A stretch of 33,559 nt of DNA from positions 1 to 33,559 of the forward strand of contig NZ_JANPML010000057.1 of the NCBI RefSeq assembly GCF_031422795.1, in the 5' to 3' direction. A program made the position numbers and the translations under genes. Of this stretch, positions 16,871 through 26,368 are shown piece after piece. Below the pieces are notes generated by a model. It saw nothing but the letters and a program-made list of their open reading frames with translations, had not been told where the DNA came from and searched no databases. Positions within the stretch are counted from its first letter, which is position 1. Every line of letters begins with the position of its first letter. This DNA comes from Sandarakinorhabdus sp. GTDB lineage: Bacteria > Pseudomonadota > Alphaproteobacteria > Sphingomonadales > Sphingomonadaceae.

Positions 16871-17270
16871 TCCGGTTCCGGCGGTGCGGCGGGCCATTCT
16901 GGCGCTGCTGAATTCGGGCGGCGGGCCGCAGCTGTTGGGCGCGGCCGTGCCGGTGTGGGACGGCGTGCCGCCCGACGAGGTGCCGCCGCCGGTGGTGATC
17001 CTGGACGAGATCGAGCTGGGCGAGTGCCAGACGAAAGATGGCGGCCCGCGCGAAGTGCTGATCGACGTGGCGGCCGTGGTGGACGGGCGCAGCCGCGCCG
17101 ATGCCGAGGTGCTGTCGGCCGCGATTTATCAGCGGCTGGAATTTGCCCGGCCGGTGATCGACGGTGCCGCCAGCAGCCAGCTGCGTTGCACGTTCAACCG
17201 CACCGAATCCTCAGGCGAGCAGGGCCTGACGCACGTAACCCGCCAATCGTGGCGCCTGCTGATCTTGTAA
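16863..17270 (+). CDS. Tail terminator (DUF3168-like)
   Basis: VWDGVP...PPVVIL motif and position before the tail tube gene. Confidence 0.75.
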   Translation: MTDPVPAVRRAILALLNSGGGPQLLGAAVPVWDGVPPDEVPPPVVILDEIELGECQTKDGGPREVLIDVAAVVDGRSRADAEVLSAAIYQRLEFARPVIDGAASSQLRCTFNRTESSGEQGLTHVTRQSWRLLIL

Positions 17271-17286
17271 GAGGGAGACCCGAGAG

Positions 17287-17706
17287 ATGCCGTTTTTCAA
17301 TGGTGATGATTATTTTGTGTTCATCGAAAGTGCCACGCCCGGCACGTTCAACAAGATCAAGGGCCAGCGCGAGTTGAGCCACAGTTTTGCGATGGGGACC
17401 TACAGCCAATCGACGAAGGACAGCCCGGTTGAACTGAGCGGCGCGGCCGGGGTGACGCACGGCGTGACTTTTGCCTTCATGCCGGAACTGCCGGACTCCA
17501 ACGGGGCCACCCGGTTCAAGACGCTGGCTAACACCCGGGCGAGCGTGCGCGCGCAGATCCGAAACGCCGCCGATGTGGTGGTGTTTGACTGCGTGATGCG
17601 CATCACCGGGTTCAACACTGATTATCCGTTCCGCGACGGTGTGGGCGTGCAGTCCACGCTGGTGCCGGCGGCGGCGCCGACCGTTGACCTGCTGCTGACC
17701 ACCTGA
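17287..17706 (+). CDS. Tail tube (major tail) protein
   Basis: G.D..VFI...F.KI.GQ...STKDS pattern, 139 aa, SD GAGGGAG. Confidence 0.8.
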   Translation: MPFFNGDDYFVFIESATPGTFNKIKGQRELSHSFAMGTYSQSTKDSPVELSGAAGVTHGVTFAFMPELPDSNGATRFKTLANTRASVRAQIRNAADVVVFDCVMRITGFNTDYPFRDGVGVQSTLVPAAAPTVDLLLTT

Positions 17707-17721
17707 TCCGGGAGAGCGACG

Positions 17722-18045
17722 ATGAACAATGACTGGCTGGCGGCGTTGAAGCCGCTGAGCGCGGACCAGAGCGCCGTGATTCTGGAAGCCACCGGCTGTT
17801 CGCTGGCCGAGCTGCTGGCACCGCGCATCCCGCCCTGGGATGTGCTGGCGCGGCTGGCGCTGATGATGCTGGGTGTGCCGCCGCTGAAGGCTGACGAGAC
17901 GCTGGCGGGGCTGGCCAGTGCGATGGCCAGCGGGCCGATCCCGGCGGCGGTTTGGGCGGCGCAAATGCGCGCCGTGATCGAGACCGGCGAGGCTCAGCCG
18001 GCGCCGACCCTGTTTGATGAACTGGAAGCCCAGCCTGATGAGTGA
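17722..18045 (+). CDS. Hypothetical helical protein in the tail module
   Basis: SD GGGAG, ATG start, overlaps the next gene. Confidence 0.6.
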   Translation: MNNDWLAALKPLSADQSAVILEATGCSLAELLAPRIPPWDVLARLALMMLGVPPLKADETLAGLASAMASGPIPAAVWAAQMRAVIETGEAQPAPTLFDELEAQPDE

Positions 18046-18508
18046 TCTGCCCCCCCACGCTCTTGGCCCTGCCGCCCGGCTGAACAGCCACGGCGAGATG
18101 GAATTCGAGATGGAGGGCGTCACCTATCTGCTGCGCCCCAGTCGGGAGGCCATCGAGGAGATCGAGGCGGCCACTGACCGGGCGCTGATCGAGCTGGCCG
18201 AGGGGGCGCAGCTGGGCCGTCTGACCCTGAAAGACCAGGCGGCGATCGTGGTCGAATTCCTGAAAGCCTGGGGCCGCGAGGCCGGGCCTGATGGTGATCC
18301 GAACCAGATCGCCGCCCGCCAGTTCAAGCCCGATGGCGTGAAGGATTTCATCATCGAAGCCGGCGTGGTGATCGTGAACAGCCGTCTGGCCGTGATCCTG
18401 GCCGGCGCGGTGGGCGGGGGATATGACCGCCGGGGAAAAGCCACCGCGGCGTGGGCCAAGGCGCTGGTGGAAGCCGGCGCGAAGAAGAAGACCCGCGCCG
18501 CCGCCTGA
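18038..18508 (+). CDS. Tail assembly chaperone (gpG/GTA-gp10-like)
   Basis: GE..F...GVTYLLRPS.EAI..IE motif, with a slippery G GGA AAA near the 3' end. Confidence 0.8.
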   Translation: MSDLPPHALGPAARLNSHGEMEFEMEGVTYLLRPSREAIEEIEAATDRALIELAEGAQLGRLTLKDQAAIVVEFLKAWGREAGPDGDPNQIAARQFKPDGVKDFIIEAGVVIVNSRLAVILAGAVGGGYDRRGKATAAWAKALVEAGAKKKTRAAA

Positions 18509-18639
18509 TGGGAATCGCCCTGGCGCTGTTTGGCTGGAGCCCGCAGGCGTGGCGGCGATCGACGCCGCACGAATTCTGGGCAGCGTTCGACGCATGGGAA
18601 GAGGCGCATCAGCCGCCTGAAACCGGAGGCGCATCATGA
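18433..18639 (+). CDS. Tail chaperone gpT-like extension, reached by -1 frameshift or from ATG 18508
   Basis: The -1 frame is open from the heptamer at 18433-18439 to 18639 and encodes GWSPQAWRRSTPHEF, a typical gpT motif. Confidence 0.75.
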   Translation, partial: GKSHRGVGQGAGGSRREEEDPRRRLMGIALALFGWSPQAWRRSTPHEFWAAFDAWEEAHQPPETGGAS

Positions 18640-20441
18640 CGACGAGCGCCAAGGGGCTGCTGCTGCAGTTCGATGCCAGCACTGAGCTGATGCGCCGGAA
18701 GCTGGTGGAGGCGGCTGCCTTCACCGATCAGTGGGCGGAGCAGACCCAGAAATCGGCGCTGAAGGGCGTGGCGGCCGTGGAGAAGATGGGGCCGGCCAGT
18801 AACGCGGCAGCAGCCGGGCTGAACCTGCTGAAGGGCGCGGCGGCCGGGGCGTTCGCAGCGTTTTCCGTGGGATCCGTGATCGCCGGCAGCCAGGCCATCC
18901 TGAATTTTGCTGATGATCTGGGCACGGCGGCCGACCAGGCCGGCATCGGCGTGGAACGATTCCAGACGCTGCGCGAGGCGCTGCGCGCGCTGGAGGTGCC
19001 AGCCGAGCAGCAGAACAAATTGTTTCAGCGGCTGCTGACCACGCTGGGCGAGGTGCAGGGCGGCACGGCGGGCAAGGGCGTCGTTGAGGTGCTCGACCGG
19101 ATGGGCCTGACGGCGCGCATCGCCAACGGCGAGATTTCCACCACCGATGGCCTGCTGGATGCCATCGCCGGGGCGGCTGGACGATACACCACCCAAGCGC
19201 AATTTGCCGCCGACGTGACCGAGCTGGTGGGCAAGCGGGTGGGGCCGCAGTTGGCCGCCGCTCTGCGCGATGGTGGCACTGCACTGAAGGAACTGGAAAA
19301 CGGATTCCGCGACACCGGGCTGGTGATCGATGAACAGATGGTGGCTAAGCTCGCCGATGCCAACGAGTCCATCGACAGTTTCACCGAGCGCAGCAAGAAC
19401 CGGCTGACGATTTGGGCCGGCAGCGTGCTGGATATTCTGGGCCGGATCGGCAACGCGTTCGACAACATCACCGGGCAGCAGGACACCAGCACCCGAAGTG
19501 GCACCATCACCGCGCTTATGAAGGCGCGGGAACGGACGCAGAGCCTGGAAGGCGGGCTGTTTGGCTTTCTACCGGTGAGTCCGCAGGCCATCGCCAATTC
19601 GAAGCGCGAGGAAGACCGGCTGATCCGCATTATGCGGGAACAGGAGGTGCGCAATCCAGGCCTGACCGATCCGATGTCGCGCCTGTTTCCGATGGGCGGC
19701 AATTGGTACGGGAACACGCCGCCGCCCGCTCGAGGTGGGGGCGGCGGTGGCCGGGGCCGCGCCAGCCGGGGCGCGAGCGCGCCTGGCAGTTTCACCCTGG
19801 CCAATCAGGAATCGGGCTGGCTGAACCGGCTGCCCGACAACACGCTTTCCCAGTTGCCGGCGGCGCGGGCGGATGTGGCGGCGATCTATGCCGAGCTGGA
19901 GGCGATGGGCGATCTGCCGCCGATCCAGCCGATCGACCGCGAGGCCGTCGCCCTGATCGATGATTTCAGCCAGTCGCTGGGCCAGACGCTGGGCCTGGCC
20001 ATCGCCAACGGGCAGAGTTTCTGGGGCGCGATGCAGGCGGGGCTGCGCAATTTCCTCGCCCAGGCGGCGGTGGGCGGGTTCACCGATCTGATCGGCGGGC
20101 TATTTGGCCGGGCGCCGACGAGCATTTTTGGCGGTCTGCTGGGCGGCCTATTTGGCGGCCGGCGATCGAGCGGCGGGCCGGTGGAAGCCGGCGTGCCGTA
20201 CCTGGTGGGCGAAAACAAGCCGGAGATATTCATTCCGACCAGCCGCGGGCGGATCGCGCCGAACCCGGCGATGGGCGGCGGTGGCGGCGGCCAGGCGGTT
20301 GACGTGACCGTGCGCACCGAGCCCAGCCCGTTTTTCGTGCAATCGGTGGACGCCGTGACGCGCAGTGCCGCCCGCGACGAGGTGGGCGGACAGCTGGCCC
20401 GCGCCGGCCGGCCGCGCACGCGCGGCAGTTTTGGAGCGTAA
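18636..20441 (+). CDS. Tape measure protein (short, 601 aa)
   Basis: Ala-rich helical protein with C-terminal RSSGGPV.AG.PYLVGE..PE.F.P. Confidence 0.9.
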   Translation: MTTSAKGLLLQFDASTELMRRKLVEAAAFTDQWAEQTQKSALKGVAAVEKMGPASNAAAAGLNLLKGAAAGAFAAFSVGSVIAGSQAILNFADDLGTAADQAGIGVERFQTLREALRALEVPAEQQNKLFQRLLTTLGEVQGGTAGKGVVEVLDRMGLTARIANGEISTTDGLLDAIAGAAGRYTTQAQFAADVTELVGKRVGPQLAAALRDGGTALKELENGFRDTGLVIDEQMVAKLADANESIDSFTERSKNRLTIWAGSVLDILGRIGNAFDNITGQQDTSTRSGTITALMKARERTQSLEGGLFGFLPVSPQAIANSKREEDRLIRIMREQEVRNPGLTDPMSRLFPMGGNWYGNTPPPARGGGGGGRGRASRGASAPGSFTLANQESGWLNRLPDNTLSQLPAARADVAAIYAELEAMGDLPPIQPIDREAVALIDDFSQSLGQTLGLAIANGQSFWGAMQAGLRNFLAQAAVGGFTDLIGGLFGRAPTSIFGGLLGGLFGGRRSSGGPVEAGVPYLVGENKPEIFIPTSRGRIAPNPAMGGGGGGQAVDVTVRTEPSPFFVQSVDAVTRSAARDEVGGQLARAGRPRTRGSFGA

Positions 20442-20443
20442 CG

Positions 20444-21061
20444 ATGGGCATTCTGGTGCAGGTGCCATCGGAAGTGTTGATCCGGCAGGATAGCTGGCGA
20501 CTGCCTGACCCGCGCGTGATCCAGCGCAGCGAATTCACCCGGCGCAGCCGCGAGCTTTATCTGGGCGCCGCCGCCATCTGGTCGTGCGAAGCCGAGATCG
20601 TGACCCGCACCGCGGCCGAGCTGTATCCGGTGCGCGGGTTCGTGGCATCGATGATGCTGCCCGATGCGTTTTGCGTCGTGCCGATGTATCCGGCCGGCGG
20701 TCAGCTGACCGGATTTCCGGGGCAGATCAGCACCCCGGTGCAGGTGGATGGCGCCGGCCAGTTGGGGCTGGATCTGGCGGTTCGGGGCCTGCCTCCTGGA
20801 TCTGCGCAGGCGCTGCCCGGATTTGCCGTCACCTTTGGCTCAGTGGAAACTCACATTTTGCGCGCGACCCTGATCGCCGATGGTACCGGGCGCGGGGTGT
20901 GCGGCCTGACACGGCCGATCCGGCAAAGCCCACCAGATGGCACCGACGTGCACCTGCGATTCCCGTTCTGTTTCATGCGGCTGACCAACGGGCTGGCCTG
21001 GCAAAACGCCGTGTATCAGCTGCACGAGATCCCGCCGCTGCAATTTGAAGAGTATTTCTGA
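20444..21061 (+). CDS. Distal tail protein-like
   Basis: Follows the tape measure gene. Motifs S.FT, W..E, V.GAGQ.G, P.R.SP.DG, ending FEE.F. Confidence 0.65.
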   Translation: MGILVQVPSEVLIRQDSWRLPDPRVIQRSEFTRRSRELYLGAAAIWSCEAEIVTRTAAELYPVRGFVASMMLPDAFCVVPMYPAGGQLTGFPGQISTPVQVDGAGQLGLDLAVRGLPPGSAQALPGFAVTFGSVETHILRATLIADGTGRGVCGLTRPIRQSPPDGTDVHLRFPFCFMRLTNGLAWQNAVYQLHEIPPLQFEEYF

Positions 21062-21684
21062 TGGCGATCAGCGATGGCAGCCTTTCGGCATCATCGGTGC
21101 AGATCGGGCTGCTGATCTTTGCCGATTTTGCCGATCTGCCGATCCGCGCCGCCTATGCCCCGTGCCCGCTGACCGTGCCGGCGGGCCTGACGGACGGCGA
21201 TGCCGATTGCTGGGGCCTGACGTTCGACACGATCAACGCCGACGTGCTGCGCATCAGCCCGGTAGAGCACAGCCAAGGCGGCACCGGCACGTTGAGCATC
21301 GAGTTGCACACGGACGCGGCCTTTCCGGCGCTGCTGAACGCCATCGAGAACCCCGCCCTGTATCTGGGGCGGCGGCTGCGGCTGTGGCAGGTGATTTTCA
21401 GCCTGAACGGCCAGGTGCTGGAGATCCAGCCGCTGGCCCGGCTGTACATGACGGTGCCGCGCCACCGGGCGAGCAGCAGCGAGTATCTGGTGGTGATGGA
21501 GGCCGAGAATTTTTCGGCGCTGATCGCCAACGCGCCGGCCCGCACCTATCTGAATTCGACGCTGTGGGATGCCGGCGACCTTTCCGGCATCGCCAGCCAA
21601 GGCGTGAACACGGCGCCGGCCGTGGTGCCCGGTGGCGGCGGTGGCCGGCCGTTTGGCACCAGCGAATTCGTGAGGCTGGTTTGA
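21061..21684 (+). CDS. Tail tip/hub protein
   Basis: Coupled start and position between the distal tail gene and the NlpC-like gene. Confidence 0.6.
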   Translation: MAISDGSLSASSVQIGLLIFADFADLPIRAAYAPCPLTVPAGLTDGDADCWGLTFDTINADVLRISPVEHSQGGTGTLSIELHTDAAFPALLNAIENPALYLGRRLRLWQVIFSLNGQVLEIQPLARLYMTVPRHRASSSEYLVVMEAENFSALIANAPARTYLNSTLWDAGDLSGIASQGVNTAPAVVPGGGGGRPFGTSEFVRLV

Positions 21685-21686
21685 TC

Positions 21687-22103
21687 ATGCAGCTGCCGAT
21701 GCGCCACCCTCAGTGGGAAGATCGATTGAGATGGGTGGTGGCGGCCTGGGCCGGGCACGATTACGCCCATCGATGGGGCCACGACTGCGTAGGATTTATT
21801 CTGCTGGCCATCGAAGCAGTGAGCGGCGAGCGGCTGACGTTTGGCCTGCGGCCGTATCGCAGTGCCCGCGGGCAGGCGCGGTGGCTGGCGGCGTTGGGCT
21901 GGGCCGATCTGCTGGACGCGGCGGATAGCTGCCTGGGCGCGCGGATCCCGCCGCTGGCGGCGCACCGGGGCGATATCGTGAGCGATGGCAGCATTCTGGG
22001 TGTGATGACCGGCGGTGGGCCGATGGCGTTTGGCGAAGCGGGCCTTCACCGGATGGCGGCAGAGACGATTATCGCCTGCTGGCCCGTCGGAAGAGCTGAC
22101 TGA
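21687..22103 (+). CDS. Tail-associated NlpC/P60-like (DUF6950-type) protein
   Basis: Motifs WEDRL, WGHDC and AHRGDIV. Confidence 0.75.
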   Translation: MQLPMRHPQWEDRLRWVVAAWAGHDYAHRWGHDCVGFILLAIEAVSGERLTFGLRPYRSARGQARWLAALGWADLLDAADSCLGARIPPLAAHRGDIVSDGSILGVMTGGGPMAFGEAGLHRMAAETIIACWPVGRAD

Positions 22104-24442
22104 TGGGCAAGATCCTGAAGCCGCTGGCGGTGATCGCTGCCATCGCGGTGAACGTGATTCCTGGTGCCGGCCAGTTGATTTCGGGCGGGATCATCGGCGC
22201 GCTGGGCGGCAGTTTTGCGGCGGCCGCGATTGCATCGGTGGCGGTGCCTGCGCTGCTGGCGGCGACCACGCTGGCCGGGCTATCGGCGCTGGGCGGAGGT
22301 GGGCGGGGCGCTGCATCCAGCCTGGTGCCGTTTGATCCAAAATCGATCAATCCCGACCCGGCGGCGTTGCGCAAATATCTGCTGGGCCGCGGGCTGTTTG
22401 CGATGGACCTGCGCCATTTTGAGGCGAGCGGGGCCAATCAGGAATATATCGATTACGTATTCTGCCTGGCGGCGCACCGCAGCCAGAGCGTCGATGAAAT
22501 CTGGATCGACAAGGATCTGGCCTGGACCGCCGGTGGCGGGGTGCAGGGCAAATATGCCGGGTATCTGACCATCGAGGTGATCCTGGAGGCCGGGCCGGGC
22601 GCGTTCCACACGGTCAACGGCGGCGCAAATTGGGGCAGCGCGCAGCGCCTGACCGGCTGCACCACGATGAAGGCGCGCGTGAAGCGCAGCGACAATTCGA
22701 AGACCAGCCAGAGCCCGTTTGGCAGTGGCATCGGCGGCCAATGGCGGGTGATCGGCAACGGCATGCCGGTGTATGACCCGGCGCGGGATTCCACCGTGGC
22801 GGGCGGGTCGGGGCCGCAGCGGGCGAACGACTGCACCACCTGGGCGTGGGAGGTTTCGGGCGTTGAGCGCGGGCGCAACCTGGCGCTGCAGCTGTTGAGC
22901 ATTCTGCTGGGCTGGAAGATCAATGGCGTGGGATCGGTGGGGTTTGATTATCCGGCCGACACGATGAACCTGGCTGGCTGGGCGCAGGCGGCGGCGCTGT
23001 GTGACGAAGCGGTGGCGTTGAACGGCGGCGGATCGCAGCGGCGATACGAAGGCGGCGGCAGTTTCACCGATGGTGATGGCGCGCTGGCCCTGATCGCCCG
23101 ATACGAAGACGCGGTGAACGGCGAATTCACCGATCACGGCGGCCAGTTCAATTTTCGCGTGGCGGTGAACGATCTGACGCCGACATTCACCCTGACCGAT
23201 GACGATTTTGTGACCGGTTACGAATGGCAGCCGCAACCGCCGCTGGGCGAGCAATTTACGGTGGTGCGCGCGCGATATACCCAGCCGGCCAGTCCGACGC
23301 TGTTTGACCTGCTGGACGTGCCCGAGGTGGCGATTCCGCGCACCGCCAAGGGCCCGCGCCCGCTGACGCTGGATCTGAGCCTGGTGCAGGAAACGCGCCG
23401 CGCCCAGCGCATTATGAAGCAGGTGGCGCAGCGCCAGCTGATCCGCGGCGAATTTCGAGTGACGTTGGGCATCCGGGGCTGGCGGTTGCGGCGCAACCAG
23501 GTGGGCGTGATCAACAGCGCCACGCGCGGGTGGACCGGCAAGCTGGTGCGGGTGCGCGATATCAGTTTCAGCCAGGACGGCACGGCAACTGTGCTGTTGC
23601 GCGAGGAGGCGGCCAGCGTTTTTGCCTGGGACCGGGAAGAAAGCCCGGTGGTGACGGCGCCGACGCCGGCGGTTTTCGACACGCGCGCGGCGGCGAGCTG
23701 GTTGCTGGCCGGCATCGCGCCTGGGGCGGACGTGACGGTGGACCAGCCGGTGGTGAGCCGGCTTTCCGATAGTAGCGGCCAGGCGCTGCCCAGTTTTGTG
23801 GCGAACACGGGCAATCCCTTTGCCCAGCTGGTGGCCAGCGGCGATGCCCGCGACGGCGACGTGGTGAATTTTCCCGGCACGCTGCCCGGCGTGCCCCGGG
23901 TGTTTTTCCTGCCCGGCGGCAAATCGGTGACGGCCGACAATATCCGGATTTCGGCTGATGGCCTGAGCGCCAGCGGTTTTACGATGGTGGCCAAGAGCCA
24001 GACTGTGACTGCCGGCAGCACCATCACCGATACGGGCAGCAGCGCGGGCGGCGTTGGCGAACCGGCGCGGGTGATCAACCGCAGCAGCGGCAGTGCGCCG
24101 TTTGATGGGCGGTTTACCTATCGGTTCAGCGTGACGGTGGGAATGGTGGCTTTCGGGGAGCCGGGAAATGCCGAGGTGGCGTTGTTTGCCCGGATCGGCG
24201 GGGCCTGGGCAGAGGTGGGCCGGGAATCGTTCAACACGACCGGCACCTATAATCGATCGGCGACACCGGGCGCGGTGGATTTTGGCGCGGGTGCAGAATT
24301 TGGCGTGTCGCTGGTGAGCAGCGATGGTGTTGGCACCGCGCTGACCGGATTTACCCAGGTGCAATACACGCCGGGCACAGTGGTGGAGGCCAGCCTGACG
24401 CCGGCCAATGCCGGGCCGATTCCCTGGCAGGCGTTTCTGTAA
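22103..24442 (+). CDS. Tail tip/central fibre (host-specificity, gpJ-like) protein
   Basis: Motifs G..VYDPARDST, N.AL, AA.LCDE.V and RYE, with a beta-rich C-terminus. 779 aa. Confidence 0.8.
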   Translation: MGKILKPLAVIAAIAVNVIPGAGQLISGGIIGALGGSFAAAAIASVAVPALLAATTLAGLSALGGGGRGAASSLVPFDPKSINPDPAALRKYLLGRGLFAMDLRHFEASGANQEYIDYVFCLAAHRSQSVDEIWIDKDLAWTAGGGVQGKYAGYLTIEVILEAGPGAFHTVNGGANWGSAQRLTGCTTMKARVKRSDNSKTSQSPFGSGIGGQWRVIGNGMPVYDPARDSTVAGGSGPQRANDCTTWAWEVSGVERGRNLALQLLSILLGWKINGVGSVGFDYPADTMNLAGWAQAAALCDEAVALNGGGSQRRYEGGGSFTDGDGALALIARYEDAVNGEFTDHGGQFNFRVAVNDLTPTFTLTDDDFVTGYEWQPQPPLGEQFTVVRARYTQPASPTLFDLLDVPEVAIPRTAKGPRPLTLDLSLVQETRRAQRIMKQVAQRQLIRGEFRVTLGIRGWRLRRNQVGVINSATRGWTGKLVRVRDISFSQDGTATVLLREEAASVFAWDREESPVVTAPTPAVFDTRAAASWLLAGIAPGADVTVDQPVVSRLSDSSGQALPSFVANTGNPFAQLVASGDARDGDVVNFPGTLPGVPRVFFLPGGKSVTADNIRISADGLSASGFTMVAKSQTVTAGSTITDTGSSAGGVGEPARVINRSSGSAPFDGRFTYRFSVTVGMVAFGEPGNAEVALFARIGGAWAEVGRESFNTTGTYNRSATPGAVDFGAGAEFGVSLVSSDGVGTALTGFTQVQYTPGTVVEASLTPANAGPIPWQAFL

Positions 24443-24651
24443 TGGCGCACTGGCTGGAGACGCTGCCCGCCGAACGCCCTGATCTGACGACACGAGAGCG
24501 CGCGCCGGGGATGATCGAGGCGCGGTGCCCGGCGTGCGGCGCTTGGCGGCCCGGGTTTGTGATTGCTTCGCTGCCGCCGGCCGAAGCGGCGCTGCGCGGG
24601 CACGAGTGGGCCTGCGATGGCGACCGGGCCCGGTGGCTGCGGGAGGAATAG
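24442..24651 (+). CDS. Small protein with CxxC and a C-terminal CDG, possibly metal-binding
   Basis: Coupled TAATG start. RCPACG...WACDG. Confidence 0.55.
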   Translation: MAHWLETLPAERPDLTTRERAPGMIEARCPACGAWRPGFVIASLPPAEAALRGHEWACDGDRARWLREE

Positions 24652-24653
24652 CG

Positions 24654-25097
24654 ATGCAGCTATCACGCCATTTCAGCCTGGCGGAGGCGACGGCTTCGGA
24701 CACGGCGCGGGCGATGGGCAATCCCAACCAGCCCACGCTGCCGCACCTTGCCAATCTGCAATCGACAGCGGCTCAGCTGGAGCTGGTGCGGGCGTTGTTT
24801 GCAGCGCCGATCAAGGTGACCAGCTGGTATCGCAACCCGGCGGTGAACCGCGAAGTGGGCGGGGTGGTGACCAGCCATCACGCGCTGGGCTGGGCGGTGG
24901 ATTTCAGGGTGCAGGCTGTGGGCGGGCTGGCGGCGGCGCGGCGGATCGCGGCGAGCGGCATCCCGTTTGATCAGCTGATTTATTACGTGCCCACCGATGT
25001 GGTGCATCTGAGCTTTCACCCGCAGCGACGCGGCGAGGTGTGGACCAACCCGACGACGCGCGCCGGGGCGAAATTGCGGAAAGGACTGCCAACATGA
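24654..25097 (+). CDS. Endolysin, peptidase M15A family
   Basis: SD GGAGG. Motifs LSRHFSLAE, SWYR..AVN..VGG..TSHH..G.AVD and FDQLI...VHLS. Confidence 0.9.
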   Translation: MQLSRHFSLAEATASDTARAMGNPNQPTLPHLANLQSTAAQLELVRALFAAPIKVTSWYRNPAVNREVGGVVTSHHALGWAVDFRVQAVGGLAAARRIAASGIPFDQLIYYVPTDVVHLSFHPQRRGEVWTNPTTRAGAKLRKGLPT

Positions 25098-26179
25098 TGA
25101 ATTACGGGATGGTATGGCGCAGCGTTGTTCAGATCGTGGCTGGGCTGCTGCTGTTGGGCAGCGCGGGCAGTGCGGCCTTGGGCGCCACGGCGACCAGCTG
25201 CGCCACGATTGCACAGGATCTGGTGGCTTCCGCTGCCGGCGGCGTTGTCACCACCGGGCCCATCACATGCCCGGCGCGCATCGTCATCAACAAGGCCGTT
25301 CTGCCCGGCGTGACACTCGACGCGACGGGCGCGGCGTTCCCGGAAGGGGTCACCATCGCCAACAGCAGCGGCCTGCACATCGAGGGCGGCACCTATGGCA
25401 CGCTGGAAAAGGACACGCGGGAACGGCAGGCGATCCAGATCAGCGGCAGCAGCCATGTCATCATAAGCGGCGCGAAGCTGCTGGGCCTGCCGCTCACCCT
25501 GGGTGCGACTGGCGCATGGCTGACGGGCGACCGGGGCGGCATCTATGCGCGCAACAGCACGTGGATCACGGTGCGGGATAGCGAGTGCCGGCGGTTTCGG
25601 GTGTGCGTCACCTTCTATGAGACGACCGACAGCCTGGCGCACAACAACAAGGCGCGTGAAAGCAACTCGGACGGCTTCAATGTGGTGGGCAGCCATCGCA
25701 TCGTTCTGAGCGAAAACGATTGCCGCTGGTATGAGCGCGCCAACAACGTGCACCCCGATTGCATCCAAGGCTGGAGCCTGCGCACCGGGCCGGTGATGAC
25801 GCAGATATGGCTGGTCAACAACAACGCCGAGGGCGTGATGCAAGCCAACCTGTTTGGCAACATTGGCGGCGGCAGTGTTGATGGGCTGTTCGCTTTCGGC
25901 AATCGCGCTTGGGTGACGTTCTCGCACACCATTTCTTGCGGCGGGTGCGCGAACAGCGTGGTCAAATACAACATCCTGGCCAGCCATCCCGGCGTGTTGT
26001 TCGGCATCGGCAAGATCAAGGGCTTTGAGGGCACCGGCAACGTCATCAGCGACAACCCGATGGTCGACGGCACGAAAGAGCCGCCGCCGCGCATCTGGTG
26101 GTATGGCACGATCCCGCTGGAGGTGGGCAGCCGGTTCGATACGAAGCCGTGGCGGCCGGGTGAGGCGGTGTCACGATGA
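25094..26179 (+). CDS. Signal-peptide-bearing right-handed beta-helix (pectin-lyase-like) protein
   Basis: N-terminal hydrophobic IVAGLLLLGSAGSAALGA. Asn-ladder repeats (NSTWITVRDS, DGFNVVGSHRIVLSEN) and HPDCIQ. Confidence 0.7.
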   Translation: MMNYGMVWRSVVQIVAGLLLLGSAGSAALGATATSCATIAQDLVASAAGGVVTTGPITCPARIVINKAVLPGVTLDATGAAFPEGVTIANSSGLHIEGGTYGTLEKDTRERQAIQISGSSHVIISGAKLLGLPLTLGATGAWLTGDRGGIYARNSTWITVRDSECRRFRVCVTFYETTDSLAHNNKARESNSDGFNVVGSHRIVLSENDCRWYERANNVHPDCIQGWSLRTGPVMTQIWLVNNNAEGVMQANLFGNIGGGSVDGLFAFGNRAWVTFSHTISCGGCANSVVKYNILASHPGVLFGIGKIKGFEGTGNVISDNPMVDGTKEPPPRIWWYGTIPLEVGSRFDTKPWRPGEAVSR

Positions 26180-26364
26180 TGAGCGAGCGCGTGGCGTTGG
26201 CGATTATCGGCGCGATCGTGCTGATCGGGGTGGGTGGCACGTTGATCGGCTGGCACGGGCAGGCTTTGGCAGAGCGGCTGCAGCTGTTGAACAATCTGGG
26301 ATCGATGCTGGGTGGGGCTCTGGGTGGATATGCCTTGGGCAAAGCCGCCAACGACAAGGAGTGA
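26176..26364 (+). CDS. Holin-like small membrane protein
   Basis: Two hydrophobic segments, charged C-terminus, dual Met-Met start, located in the lysis cassette. Confidence 0.6.
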   Translation: MMSERVALAIIGAIVLIGVGGTLIGWHGQALAERLQLLNNLGSMLGGALGGYALGKAANDKE

Positions 26365-26368
26365 AGCG

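Noticed and set aside
22280-24754. 824-aa minus-strand ORF
   Set aside because: Antisense shadow of the tail tip gene.
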